From contig OZ024740.1 in NCBI GenBank assembly GCA_964016885.1, positions 363,506,001 to 363,570,000 of the forward strand: a stretch of DNA of 64,000 bases, in the 5' to 3' direction. This document shows positions 41,392-56,569 of this stretch, in pieces. The translations under genes and the position numbers were made by a program. Position 1 is the first letter of the stretch. Every line of letters starts with the position of its first letter. Under the pieces are notes generated by a model that did no database searches, was not told the DNA's origin, and worked only from the letters and a program-made list of their open reading frames with translations. Source of the stretch: Eledone cirrhosa (Eukaryota).

Positions 41392-43800
41392 TCATCATTT
41401 TACGTCCGCTTTTCCCTGCTTGCAAGGGTAGGACAGGTCCTATTCAGCACACCATCTCTCCACTTGTCACTGTCCTTCGTCATCTCCTCAGTGAGATTTA
41501 GCGATCTGAGGTCTGCTCTCATCACCTCCGCCCATGTTTTACATGGTCTTCCTCTACTGTGTCTTCCTTCTACTGGGATTTCTTGGCACTTCTTTACCCA
41601 GCGGTCATCCTCCATGCACATCACATGTCTATACCATCTTAGTCTTCTCTCCTGCACACCACAACTTATACCTCTTATACCCAGTTTCTTTCTCAACTCG
41701 TCTATGCTTGGTCGTTGACGCACATTGACATTGCACATCCAACGGAGCATGCTTGCTTCATTTCTCTCCAGCCATCGTATATCCTCTGCAGTTGCTGCCC
41801 ATGTCGCACTATCATGCAGCATCGCGCATCTCACACAGGCATCACACAGAGAGAAACCCTTCTTTGTCAACAGAGGCAGCAGCTCCCTAAACTTCTTCCA
41901 ACCCGTCCTTATTCTAGATACTATGGCCTCGGAACACCCCACCTCCCATGCTAATCTGATCACCTAGGTACCGGAAGCTATCAATCACTTCTATAGAACC
42001 CACCTGCATTGGAAAAATGTGTCTATCACTGCGATCACTACTGCCAACTTTCCCTGTACATCTACTACATACATAGTTTTCCCTACCTGTTAGTTTACCT
42101 GCTATCCCACTACATCTCTTGTGTACCCAAGATCTGCATTGCGTACATTTTATGGAATTTATGCCAGTTCCTTTTCTGCATATCGAACATGGCCATTTCC
42201 CTGATGTATTGTTCTCTCTTCTTCTTATCAACACTTTTGTCTTAGCTATGTTCATTCTCAGTTTTCTTGATTCCAACTGCTGTTTCCATAGCCAGAATTT
42301 ATTCTCTAGCTCCTCTACTGATTCTGCTATAAGAACCAGATCATCAGCATAGAGAAGGGCCCATGGGCATCCAGTCTTAAACTCCTCTATAATGAACAAG
42401 AGCGGGCTGAGGACCAAACACTGATGTACACCTACATGTATCTGGAATTCCTCACTAAACTCCATTCTTACTCTGACTTTACTGACAGCACCCCTGTACA
42501 TAGCTTGCACTGTCCTCACAAGCCATTCCTCTACATCTAGTTTCCTTAGGGACCACCAAATGACAGATCGGGGTACCCTATCAAAGGCCTTCTCTAGGTC
42601 AACAAAAGCTAAGTATAGTGGCTTATTTTTCTCTAAGGACCTCTCTTGTAGTTGCCTCACTAAGAAGAAGGCATCTGTTGTACTTTTCCAAGGCACAAAA
42701 CCAAACTGCATCTCATCTAATTTGACCCTTTCTCTAATCAGTTGCGCTAATATTCTCTCTGCCACTTTTATAACCTGATCCATCAGCTTTATGCCCCTAT
42801 AATTTCTCCCCTCTAGAGCATCCCCTTTACCTTTGTAGCAATTTATGAGTATACTGCTGCACTAGTCTTTGAGTATGACACCACCATATATAGCTTGATT
42901 GATGATGCATGCACCCAGTTTAGTGCCTACTTCTGATGCCTTCAGCATCTCAACAATTATCCCCGAAGGTTCAGCAGCCTTGCCATTCTTCATTTCCTTA
43001 ATTGTCTCTTGTACCCTATATTAATCAATCTCAATAGCTGGTCCCTCTGTCGGGTCTATTGGGTGTAATTTCTCTCTCTCCCATTTGTTCTCCACATTCA
43101 TCAGTCTTTCATAATGAAATTTCCAGGCCTCCTATTTTTTATCATTCATGACACTAAGTACACCGGCATCATTCCGGACACATTTATCTCCTACAACATC
43201 CTGATTTGCACTGACACACTGCCTTGCAATGCATAACACCGCACATCTCTGATCTTCCCGTCGCAGAACATTGGCAAACCTCCTACTCTCAGCCTTCCTG
43301 CATGCTAAGTACACCTGATATCTAGCTTCTCTCTTAGTGGCTGTGTATCCTTCTCTACTCCCACCATTTTTCCAAACCTTCCATGCTAGTCTTTTGTCTC
43401 TAATGGCCCTATCTACCGTGAGTTCCACCACCAGGTCACTCTCTGTCTGGTTGAAGCTCTGCCCCAGTCACAAGTTTCTTCAGTAGCCTGCAGTAAGTTG
43501 TTACACAAGAATCAGCCAGTAATATGTCCACCCCTCCTAACCCATCATCATTACCCACCCAGAAAAGCTTATAACTAAGATGTTTGCCTGTGATTAGTCT
43601 TGCATGCAGCACACATCCACATGCCTTCTCTCCAGTATCTCCGCTATCTCACCAGATCTAACTGTTAGAGCGCCAACATTAAGTGTTGCAACTCTGAGAT
43701 GCGACGTCTTGTTCTTTTTCCTGCTGTGCGATTGCTTGATGACGATCGGGGTTCTCACACATGGCCACACCAGCCACCCCACTACCGTGCGCAGCCCTAG
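41388..43800 (-). mobile_element. RTE-clade LINE, related subfamily, internal deletion in APE
   Basis: VATLNVGAL start, RT ORF 41914-42783 (LEKAFD, YADD, PHD), (GAT)n tail. Confidence 0.9.
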
Positions 43801-44414
43801 CATGTTTAGTGTTATTGTTGTTTACGCAGTTGTTGCAAATATCATTCGTTGTGCTCATAGTTTTTGGCAGTAGTATATATACTGGTTGGATACCCTTCCT
43901 AACACCTACACCATTTTACAGCATGGACTGGGTGCTTTTATTCGTGCCCCAGCACTAGAGAAGTTGTCTTACTGGACTCAGGGGCCCTCTTTACCACTCC
44001 ATTTTACAGCATGGACTAGATGCTTTCATTCGTGCCATCAGCACTAGAGAGTCATCTTACTGGACTCAGGGGCCCTATCCACCCCTCCATTTTACAGCAT
44101 GGACTGAGTGCTTTTATTTGTGCCACCAGCACTAGGGAAGTTGTCTTACTGGACTTAGGGGACTTCTCTATCCCGCACCAATTTATTCGGAGTTGTAGCT
44201 CTCATAGACGAGTTGCCTACACTACGGCTTATGGAGCCTTCGTCCGCCCCTTGTCTGTTCTATGATATATTCATGAGGGAGTGGTTATCATACAGCGTCG
44301 TATACAGCATGTATACCAAATGTGGTGGGGGTGAGAAGTGAGAAGGAAAAATGGCTATACGTACAAATTTACATCAATACATATATATCAACATATATAT
44401 ATATATATATATAT

Positions 44415-44622
44415 ATAGGAGAAAGTATGACCCCGATGGCAGAGCTCAAGCCGTTTCGACGGCTATTTCTGGACTAAAGTCTTTAGTCCAGAAATAGCCG
44501 TGTAAATGGCTTGAGCTCTGCCGTCAGGGTCATACTTTCTCCTATTACCCACTCTACTACCCTAAGTATTGAGTACTCTGGTGCGTTATGGTCCATCTGG
44601 TTCCTTACCACAACTCCTCCAT
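44415..44622 (+). mobile_element. Palindromic Penelope-like remnant (same family as 12338-12562)
   Basis: Palindrome 44415-44543 plus tail tactctactaccctaagtattgagtactctggtgcg..., within (TA)n. Confidence 0.6.
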
Positions 44623-44660
<38 letters not shown>

Positions 44661-45261
44661 CAAATCTCATGCTAACCGAAAAGCTTGGAGACATGAAAAA
44701 TAAACTTATCTTAACGAAGTCTTTATAACAATATATATATATATATATATATCATCATCATTTTACGTCCACTTTTCCCTGCTTGCAAGGGTGGGACGGG
44801 AACTGATTCTGGCTTGATTTCTACAGCTGGATGCCCTTCCTAATACCAACCTCATTTACAGTGAGTGCTGGGTGCTTTTTTGCCGTGGCACCTCCACGAC
44901 CACTTTGCAGTGGAATGATATGGACCCCAGTGCCTATCATCTCATTTCTACAGCTGAGTAAACTGGAGCAATGTCAAATAAAGTGTCTTGCTCAAGGAAA
45001 CAACACATCACCCGGTCTGAGAATTGAACTCACAACCTTTCGATTGCAAGGCCAATGCTCTAACCACTAAGCCATGTGCCTCCATTATATATATATAATA
45101 TATAGAAAAGATAATACACGAGAGAAAGAGTGTGTGTTTATCAATGTACAGGGAAAACGACCAGTGTATGGATTTTATAAACTATGAAAAGTGAGGTAGA
45201 CGCATAATAATTAAAAATATAAATCACAATGAATTTACCCACCTCTATAACTATATATCAC

Positions 45262-45338
45262 ACACGTACAAACCCAAAGAGATTTGTTTCGCCAAAAGAT
45301 TAGTGTATGGAAAGAAACACTCAGGGTCATCAGCGCGC
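45262..45338 (-). ncRNA. Type-I hammerhead motif with full-length stem III
   Basis: GCGCG-CTGATGA-C-CC..AGTGT/ACACT..GG-C-GAAACAAA...TTTGTA^-CGTGT; inverted partial copy at ~45575-45612. Confidence 0.7.
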
Positions 45339-45653
45339 TTGTTAAGTGAATACATTCCATACCACTCTAAGATAACTTAAGATAACTGTCCTGCAACACA
45401 TCGTAGAGAGAAGGAAATGCGTGCATGGGACAGTAAACTAGTGGCTTGGGTAAGATGGGCCACTAGAAAGCGCAGCCTAAAACCACTCAAATAAGGGAGC
45501 ACTACATAAACAAAGAGAGAGAGAAGACTGTTATTAGGAGCAATATATCAAAATAAATTAACGGAGTCATAAACCTTTTGGCGAAACAAATCTCTTTGAG
45601 TTTGTACGTGCTGAACAGGACCCATCCCCCCCTTACAAGACGTAAAATGATGC

Positions 45654-45687
<34 letters not shown>

Positions 45688-45790
45688 GAGCCCCGGATTC
45701 TCTTTCCTTTGAGCTCATAAATTACAGTGACCAACACGAGTTTATGACTCCGTTAATTTATTTTGCTATATTTATATATACATATGTATG

Positions 45791-45826
<36 letters not shown>

Positions 45827-45829
45827 TGG

Positions 45830-45881
<52 letters not shown>

Positions 45882-45892
45882 ATATATATATA

Positions 45893-46650
<758 letters not shown>

Positions 46651-46928
46651 TCGTGTGTGTGTGTGTGTATATATATACGGAAAATAAGCTATTGGAGCAT
46701 TGTGTAGATTGAAGTTCTTAGAAAATGTAGAAGAATCAATATAGTTAGCACAGAACATAAATGTAAACACACACACATCATCATCATCATCACCGTTAAC
46801 GTCCATTTTTCCCCACTGGCATGGGTTAGATAAGTTAACCTTTTGTTAGCATTGCCAGGTCAGGTGACTTTGTCTTGATCTTACAAAATATTTACTTGTT
46901 GTATCCCAACAATTTTAAATAGAACTTT

Positions 46929-47492
<564 letters not shown>

Positions 47493-47750
47493 ATATATAT
47501 ATATATATAGATAGATATATATACATATATATATATAATATATATATATAGATAGATAGATATATATACATATATTTATAGAAAACCTGCCAGAAACAGT
47601 TCTATACGAGCGAAACACAGTCACCCGACCAATCTTGCTTCAAGTGGGACAATCCCGTCTAACCCATGCTAGCATGGAAGATGGACGTTAATCGATGATG
47701 ATAGTGATGATATGTATTATTTTATTTTGGCTAAGAGATGACTCTTATTA

Positions 47751-50700
47751 CATCATCATCATCGTTTAACGTCCATCTTCCACGCTTGCATGGGTTTGGA
47801 CAGGAATTTTCCCACTTGAGGCAAGATTGGTTTGTCTGGCAGGTTTTCTACGGCTGGGTGCCCTTCCTAACACCAACCACGTTTACAGTGTGGACTGGGA
47901 GGTTTTTACCGTGTTACCTACACGGCCACATTACAGCGTGGACTGTGTGTTTTTTTGTTGTGACACCTACACGACCTCATTTATTTAGGACTGGATGTTG
48001 TGGTACCAACATAACTTTACATCGAAAGGGGTGGTGTGGATGGGGTGGGGGTAGTGGGACGGAGGTGTGTTTTTGTTAGAGGTGCCTAGTGACTGTAGGT
48101 TTCGCATTGTACTTAGGCAAGGCGGGTCTCGGTCCAGTGACATTGTCTTGGAGAGGTGTAAGTGTGTGAGGTCGGAATTTATCAAGTCGTCCCAGGTTTT
48201 TCTGGGTCTGCCTACTCCGTGGCTACCGTCTATTTTTATCGCCCTGCAATTTTTTATACAGCTGTCGTCTTTCATGCGCATCACGTGACCATACCAGCGT
48301 AGTCTTCTCTCGAGTAAACAACATCTGATCCCTCTTATTCCTAATTTCTCCCTTAGTTCGTTTATGCTTTGCCGTTCACGTATATTACTATTACACATCC
48401 AACAGATTATGCAAGCTCCATTCCTCTCCAGTCTGCGTATATCCTCTGCACACAATGCCCAAGTCTCACTGCCATGTAACATTGCTGTTCGTATGCAGGC
48501 ATCCTACAGCCTGCCTTTCATTTTTAGAAAGAACCCTTTAGTGGCCAATAGTGGTATAAGCTCTCTGAACTTTTTCCATCCCGTTCTGACTCTAGCTACT
48601 GTACTTTCAGAGAACCCTCCACCACTGCTGATTTTGTCACCCAGGTAACGGAAGGTGTCCACTATTTCTATAGAACCATCTGTGCAATGGAATGAGCTAG
48701 TATTCTGTGGGCACTTGCTGCTACTTATTTCACCAGAGCACCGGCCACATATAAAATCTATGTTCTTAGTTAGCTTAACTGTGATCCCACTACATCTTTT
48801 ATGCACCCATACTTTGCATTTGGGACATAAAATGGAGTTTCTGCCTACTCCTTTCCTACACACTGAGCATGGCCATTTCCCAGATGGGACTGGTGCCCTA
48901 TTTTCCTCCCTACAAACTAGAACTTTAGTCTTAGACAGGTTAATTTTAAGGCCTTTTGATTCTCGGTCATGCTTCCATGTTTGGAATTTCTTCTCTAGTT
49001 CAGCCATTGATTCAGCTATGAGCGTTAGATCATCTGCGTATAGGAGTTCCCATGGGCAGCCGGTCTTGAACTCCTCTGTTATAGCCTGAAGGGCAATAAT
49101 AAATAGTAGGGGGCTAAGAACGGAGCCCTGATGAACACAAACTTTTACGCTAAACTCTTCACTATATTCGTTGTTAATTCTAACCTTGCTCACTGTTTCT
49201 TTATACATGGCTTGTATAGCTCTCACAAGCCATTCGTCAACACCTACTTTTCTAAGAGCCCACCAGATAATGGAGCGGCGGATTCCGTCAAAGGCTTTCT
49301 CCAAGTCAACAAAAGCTAAGTATAGGGGTATACTTTTAGCTAGGTAGTTGTCGTACAATGAAAAGAGCGTATGTGGTACTTTTACCTGACACAAACCCAA
49401 ACTGCATTTCATCTAGATCAATTCTCTCTCTGATTAGTTGCGCTATTACTTTTTCTGTGACCTTCATGACCTGGTCGATTAATTTAATGCCTCTATAGTT
49501 ACCCCTATCTAGGGCATCTCCTTTACCCTTGTAGCAGTTAATGATGATGCTGCTACACCAGTCCTTCGGAACGACCCCATTCTGTATGACTTGGTTTACT
49601 ATCCGGGTGACCATAGCATGTCCCACCATTCCAGATTCTTTCAGCATTTCAGCAACTATTTCCGAAGGCCCAGCCGCCTTACCCGTCTTCATATCTTTGA
49701 TTGCCTTACTTATTTTACTACCTTCAACTAGCACTGCTGGTCCCTCTATTGGATTGATGTGGGGGAGACTGTCTTTCACCCATTTATTCTCCTCATTTAG
49801 TAGCCTTTTGTAGTGACACTTCCAAGCTACCTTCTTATCAGCGTCAGTGATGGCAAGTACACCATCATCATTAAGGACACACTTCTCCCCGACAATATCA
49901 CAGTTTTCCTTGACACATTGCCTAGCAATCCTGAACACCTCACGTTTTTGGTCCTCGCATTGTAGAACATGCTTGAACTTTCTTTCCTCTGCTTCCCTTC
50001 TTGTGAAGTACACTTGTCTCCTAGCTTCCCTCCTGGCCACTTGATAGTCTTCTCTACTTCACCCATCCCACCATACTTTCCAAGCCTGCTTTTTGGCCTT
50101 AATTGACTCCTCCACCTTACTGTTCCACCACCACGTTACTCTCCTCCTGCCTATAGGTCTGCTCCAGCCACATACTTCATCTTCCGCCTTCAGCAGGTTA
50201 GCTTTCAGGAATTCCCACTGTTCCTCTATATTGTATGACTCTAATTGTTCTTCCTTACTGTCAAAAGCATCAAGTAATATGCTTTTAAATTTATTACTGG
50301 CTGTGGGGTCCTTTAGCTTCCATATTTTTCTCCTGAGGATAGTCCTCCTCTGTTGTAGAGTACGTCTTTTCCTGACTATGAGGTCACTGACTATGAGTCT
50401 ATGTTGGGAGGTGCATTCTTCATGGGGGAGGGATTTAGTGTTTACAACAGACACTCTATCACGTCTCCTGGTAAGGATATAATCTACCTGGCTTGTGTGT
50501 TCCCCCGATCTATAGGTGATCAAGTGATTGTCTCATTTTTTGAAGTTAGTGTTACAGATAGTTAGGTTATTTGCGTCACAGAATTCCAGGATTCTGGAGC
50601 CTTCCTCATTTCTAGTACCAAACCCATAGCCTCCAAATGATTCCGTCATAGCCATCACAATGTTGTCCAACGTGACCATTTATGTCGCCAGCAATAATTA

Positions 50701-51600
50701 TGTACTCACTGTCGGTTATTTGGGAGGTAGTGAGCATCAATGTCTCATTGAATCTGTCTTTTATAACGCCAGGCAGTCCGGATTGGGGTGCGTACGCAGA
50801 TATTACTGTTACAGTAGTTCTATTTAGGACAAGTCTTATTTTAATTATTCTGTCGTTCACTCTATTTACGTCTATTATCTTATCTACCCATTTTTCTGCT
50901 AACATGATTCCTACCCCACCCAGCCCATTGTCATTTCCTATCCAGAAAAGCTTATAGCATCGTTTTTTACCCACAATGAATCTAGCAGACTCACCCCTCC
51001 ACTTGGTCTCTTGGATACAGCAAACATCAACTTCCTTACGCTCAAGCATTTCTACAACCTTGTTAGAGCGACCTTTTAAGGTGCCTACATTCATGGTACC
51101 AACTCTGAAGTTTTGGGTTGCGTCTGGTGGGTGGGAACGGTGGGGCGCCGGGAGGGGGGAGGGGGTAAGGGGTAGGGGGTGGGGGGGGGTGGGGGGGGCA
51201 GCATGAGGTGAATTTGTCTTTATCTTTGGCATTGTCAGTAAGTGTCCAGATTTTTCAGACTCTCCAGAATTCCTTAGTCCATCCATCATATCAAAAGGCG
51301 ACCAGAAGAAGTGATAGCATAGGCTGCTGACTTATGATTGGTTCAAATAATAATGGTGGCGAGTGGGAGCGGGTAGGAGGGGTATGGGGTAGTTAGCGAG
51401 AAGGTTTAAATAAAATCCTCGAATTTTGGGCATAATTGGACAAGCATATAACAGTAATAAGCGAATAATGGGATTTTAAAATACAAGAAGATTATTTAGA
51501 ACAACCAGACAGAATTATAGAATAGCATTGAGAAAGAGCAAAGATTGGATTCTGAGCGATGATATATGAATGGACCGGGAAGGTGGAGAGACAAGAAAAA
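47751..51600 (-). mobile_element. Near full-length RTE-clade LINE (APE-RT with PHD insertion), frameshifted
   Basis: GTMNVGTL, CIQETKW, SAYAPQ, GDINGH, SQVDY; NYRGIKL, FVDLEKAFD, HQGSVLSPLLF, YADD, FRYLG; 3' UTR ending in (GAT)n; 5' limit approximate. Confidence 0.93.
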
Positions 51601-53187
51601 AATGGCATTTTACATTACATTTCACAGGAGAGCGAGCAGTCTGACCATTAATAAGAGTTGACAAATTCTGAGATTCGTACCTCGTAACAGGTTTATTTTA
51701 TATGCAAAAAGGAAATGAAAATAACAAAGCAAACAATACAGTACAATGAAGAGACATATTAGGTTCATGCTTGATATAGTAGAAAAAGTGTTGTTAAGCT
51801 TCATTAGAAGATAGAATGAGAAATAAAAGATGAGATAGGAAGATAGAAAGTGAGAAGAGGAAGGAATGGAAAAAATATATTTGAGAAAAAGCATGTATTT
51901 AGTCAGCTATTTTGGGGATCCTTTCAAATAGAGAGAAAATATCTCCGTTGTTAACAGAAGTAGTAGCTCCCTGACATTTTCATCCTGTTCTTATTCTAGC
52001 TATTATACTCTCAGAGCAACTACTTCCACTGCTAATTAGGTCACTTTTGTAACAGAAACTATCAACTACTTCTATAGTGACTTCCTGGGATTGGAAAAAG
52101 TATATTTCTCTGGGTCTCTTACTATTAACTACCCTTGTACATTTTCAGCATAGCAAGTCTACATTTCCTCTTAGCTTGCCTACTACTCCACTAGATCTCT
52201 TGTGTAAACATATTTTTAACTATATAGAGTCCCTAATCATACCTTTTCTACCTATTGGACATAATCATTTCCCTGGTGGGATTAAAATCGTGACTTCTTG
52301 CTTACTAAAACTTCGATAAGTTTACTCGGAACCCTTTAGATTCTAATTTCTGTTTCCACACCAAAAATAAACCTTAATTATGTAAACATTGAGAAAATAA
52401 GATTTAGCTGTGAAGCATGTGAAGATGATCTTGGAATTTTCTGTGTAGGAAGAGAATAATAATTGTTTCTATTTTTGGCACAAGAGCAGCAATTACCCCA
52501 GTGCATTACTGGTACTTTATTTTATTGACCCCGTAAGGATGAAAGGCAAAATTAACCGCGGCGGGATTTGAACTCAGAACGTAAAGGGCCATAACTCTAT
52601 GCTGCAAAGGATGGTGTCTGATGCTCTACTGTCAATCCACCAAGAAGAGAATAATAATTTTGCTAAACAAAGAGTCGAGAGGATTCTTTAGTTGTGTCAA
52701 TATTATGACAACCTCACTAATGTTGGTGTCACAATAAAATTCATTCAATAATTTAAGTGGTTAGAGATGAGAAGGGCACCAAGCCATAGGAAACTTGCCA
52801 GACAAAGGGTTGAGAGGACTCTTCAGGTGTGTCAAAAACATGACAACTTTCCTAGTACAGATGCCAGGATAAAACATTCCTAATACAATCTGTAGAATAT
52901 AGGATCTTATATAAGTGAGATGTGGTCACCAGCCTGTCTGAGAGGTCAATAGCTCCAATTAAGTATCGACTTGGTTTGTAATGACCTATCCAACACTTCC
53001 TAGCAGTGAAAACAGACATTAAATGTGCTTATGTTATCAGTTATGTATATAATTTAAACTGTATTTATATCTATATCAAATTTATCTCAAATATTCTGAT
53101 TAAAAATGAAATACACTAACTTATTCTATTTCATTTAAATCTTTTCCTTTAAACATTAAAATTATATCTTCACTATTTTTTCACTAG

Positions 53188-53471
53188 GAAAATATTTATA
53201 TCTGGAACCAACTCAGCTTAACAAGTATGACAGTTCTGTTTCTCAAACAAATGAAGAAGCCATTTTAGAGAGTCAACCATTTCCACCACCTACAAAACAA
53301 AAATGTTTTGAGTTTTATTATTACATTAACAAAGCAGAAAATTCCAGCTTGCAAATATTTTCTAATGAAAATGAAGGAGACAAAAAATTGCTTTGGCAGT
53401 TATCAAGTAATCAAGGAAATAATTGGATGAAAGGTCAAACAAGCCTTGAAAATATTGCCAATAGTTTTAGA
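53188..53471 (+). CDS. MAM-repeat protein exon 13 (MAM-D middle)
   Basis: cactag|GKYLYLEP...AILESQPF...CFEFYYYI...LWQLSSNQGNNWMKGQ..SFR|gtaagt; phase 1-0, continues exon 12 across a 24.8-kb intron. Confidence 0.92.
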
Positions 53472-54515
53472 GTAAGTGTGGAGATTTTATTTTCATCTTT
53501 GCTTTTTTTTTTTATTAATTATTCTGTGTGTGACATCATCATTGTCATTTTACATCTGTTGTCCATGCTGACATGGGAGATGAGGTTGTCACGGTCTGAG
53601 ACTAAACTAGTCAGGGAATCATGTCTTGCCCATATGCTCCATATTTTTGCTGATTTCTATGACTGAATACCCTTCCTAACGCCAACCACTTTACAAATTC
53701 TACCAGGTGATTTTATTATGGCACCAACACTGCCACTTTACAGAGTATACTAGGTGCATTTTTGTGTCACTAACATTACTACTTTACAGAGTATACTAGG
53801 TGCATTTTATCACTGCTTCAGTTCTAGGGTGGTGCCATATTTTTGTGATTCTTGTTTAGAATAAGTACACCTTACCACGTGTTGTAAGACCATCTGGCTG
53901 TAAAATATTACTTCCAAAAGGACTCCATTATGTGTATGAAGCCTATCATATTACCTGCAAATCTAATTCTTGCTTTAGCAGGGAAATCCAGCCATATAAC
54001 ACTTGTTAGTTTTTTTCTTGTTTTCGTTTTTTATTGATTATTTTTTAATTGGTTTGAAATTTTTGAAAGAACTATTGTGTCATTTCCAACAAATTTCATA
54101 AAATATATAACTTTATGATTACAGAAACTGGGAAATTAACCCTTACATTACGCTATATCTAATAGAATACACTGAATTTGAGTAGATAAATGAAGAGGGA
54201 TTTGCTAAATTTATCAATTATTCCATTATTAAGATGTTATTTGTAATATAGCTTAACAAAAAAAAAATTTTGATGGAATATTTTAATTGTAACCCTTTAA
54301 AAGGATTGGTTTGGTTTCATAGATCCAGGGGTGGTTTGGGTGAATTGATATCGAAAGGGTTAAATCAGAAGAATTTTGTTATGATAACTAAGATCTCAGT
54401 TGCAAGATTAAATTTGTAACCAAATTCTGGAATGTCACATCATAAAAATAAAACTACTTTATTAATGCATTATGGATTTTGTCATTTAAAATAAAAATGT
54501 TTGATTTTGTTTCAG

Positions 54516-54656
54516 TTGATGGTGAAAGGTATACGAGGGCCAAGATATGCAGGTGATATTGCATTAGATGATATGAAGCTTACAAGCACTACACCATGTA
54601 AAATAATGCCAGCACAAGCTTCACCAACTGTTACACCAAAGACAACAGAGTATTAA
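54516..54656 (+). CDS. MAM-repeat protein exon 14 (MAM-D C-part plus short Pro/Thr tail; probable last coding exon)
   Basis: tttcag|LMVKGIRGPRYAGDIALDDMKLTSTTPCKIMPAQASPTVTPKTTEY-TAA. Confidence 0.85.
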   Translation: MMVKGIRGPRYAGDIALDDMKLTSTTPCKIMPAQASPTVTPKTTEY

Positions 54657-54717
54657 ATAGTAAATATTTAAAGATTTAAATATTATTTTAATGAATCTAT
54701 TAGTGAAGATTTCTCAT

Positions 54718-55000
<283 letters not shown>

Positions 55001-55070
55001 ATATATATATATATTTGTGTTGGGTTCTCTGAAATAGTGATGTATATATGAATGTACATGTACATCCTTA

Positions 55071-55154
<84 letters not shown>

Positions 55155-55410
55155 TATATGAATGTATTTAATAATATACTGTAGTTTATTTTAAAACATT
55201 TTGAAGGCCTTTCGCTATGAATTTAAGGTAACAACTATAGTCACATACCTAGCTTCACCAAAAATAAAGGGTTATTTCCTTTAGTTTTTGCTGCAGCTAG
55301 GTATGTGACTATAGTCGCTACCTTAAATTCATAGCGAAAAGCCTTCAAAATGTTTTAAAATAAACTACAGTATATTATTAAATATACAATATGTACATTC
55401 ATATATAATT
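55155..55410. mobile_element. Palindromic Penelope-like remnant with degenerate hammerhead
   Basis: ~100-bp inverted arms; GCTA..TAGC-GAAAGGCCTT; (TA)n flanks. Confidence 0.55.
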
Positions 55411-55427
55411 ATATATATATATATATA

Positions 55428-56080
55428 AGGACCAGCGGTGCAATTTAAAGGTAGTATAATAAGTAAGGCAATCAAAGATTTGAAGACAGGCAAGGCAGCA
55501 GGGCTTCGGAGATAGTTGCTGAGATGTTGAAAGCATCTGGAATGGTCAAGGCTCTGTCCTTAGCCCCCTCCTATTTATTATTGCCCTTCAGGCTATAACA
55601 GAGGAGTTTAAGACCGGCTGCCCATGGGAACTCCTTTATGCAGATGATCTAACTCTCATAGCTGAATCAATTGCTGAACTAGAGAAGAAATTCCAAACAT
55701 GGAGGCATGGCCTAGAATCAAAAGGCTTTAAAGTTAACTTGTCTAAGAATAAAGTTCTAGTATGTAGAAAGGAAAATAGGGCACAGGTGCCCTCTGGGGA
55801 ATGGCCATGCTCAGTCTGAAGGAAAGGAGTAGGTAGAAATTCCATTTTATGTCCCAAATATGGGTACATAAAAGATGTAGTGGGATCACAGGTAAACTAT
55901 CTAAGAATGTAGATTTTATATGTGGCCAATACTCAGGTGCAATAAGTAGCAAGTGCCCACAGGATACTAGCTCCTTCTATTGCCCAGATGGTTCTATAGA
56001 AATAGTGGACACTTTCCGTTACCTGGGTGACAAAATCAGCAGTGGTGTAGGGTGCTCTGAAAATACAGTAGCCAGAGTCA
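55428..56080 (+). mobile_element. RTE RT fragment with internal deletion
   Basis: KAIKDLKTGKAAG joined to QGSVLSPLLF..YADD..FRYLG. Confidence 0.85.
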
Positions 56081-56440
56081 GTTATATTGACAACTGTTTT
56101 GGGGCCATGACTCTCACCCGAGAACAGCTCGACTCCTTTCTCTCTTTCCTCTGTTCCTTCCATCCCTCCCACATCCACTTCTTGGACATCTCCATCGCCA
56201 TTGACCCCGCCCACTGCTCACTTATCACTTCTGCTTTCTTCAAACCCACAGACTCCCACTCCTACCTTGACTTTACCTCCTCCCACCACACACAGCAAAC
56301 ACTCCTTTCCCTACTCTCAACTTCTATGGATCTGCCACCTTTGCAGCCGAGATTTGAGACCCAGGCCCTTTCTCTGGTCTGTCATATCACCTGGAGTGGT
56401 TATCCTCCTCCCTCGTCCACACTCCCCTCATCCGCACCTG
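56080..56440 (+). mobile_element. Penelope-like reverse transcriptase fragment
   Basis: YIDNCFG...FLSFLCSFHP...FLDISI...FKPTDSHSYLDFTSSH, typical PLE RT C-terminal motifs. Confidence 0.8.
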
Positions 56441-56569
56441 TGCCATCAACCACACACATACACACACACACACCGCATCATAATGACATAATGCAGACAG
56501 CCAGACGGACATTCGCTGTTTTAGATATATAGATATATATATATATACATACATGTGTATATATATATA

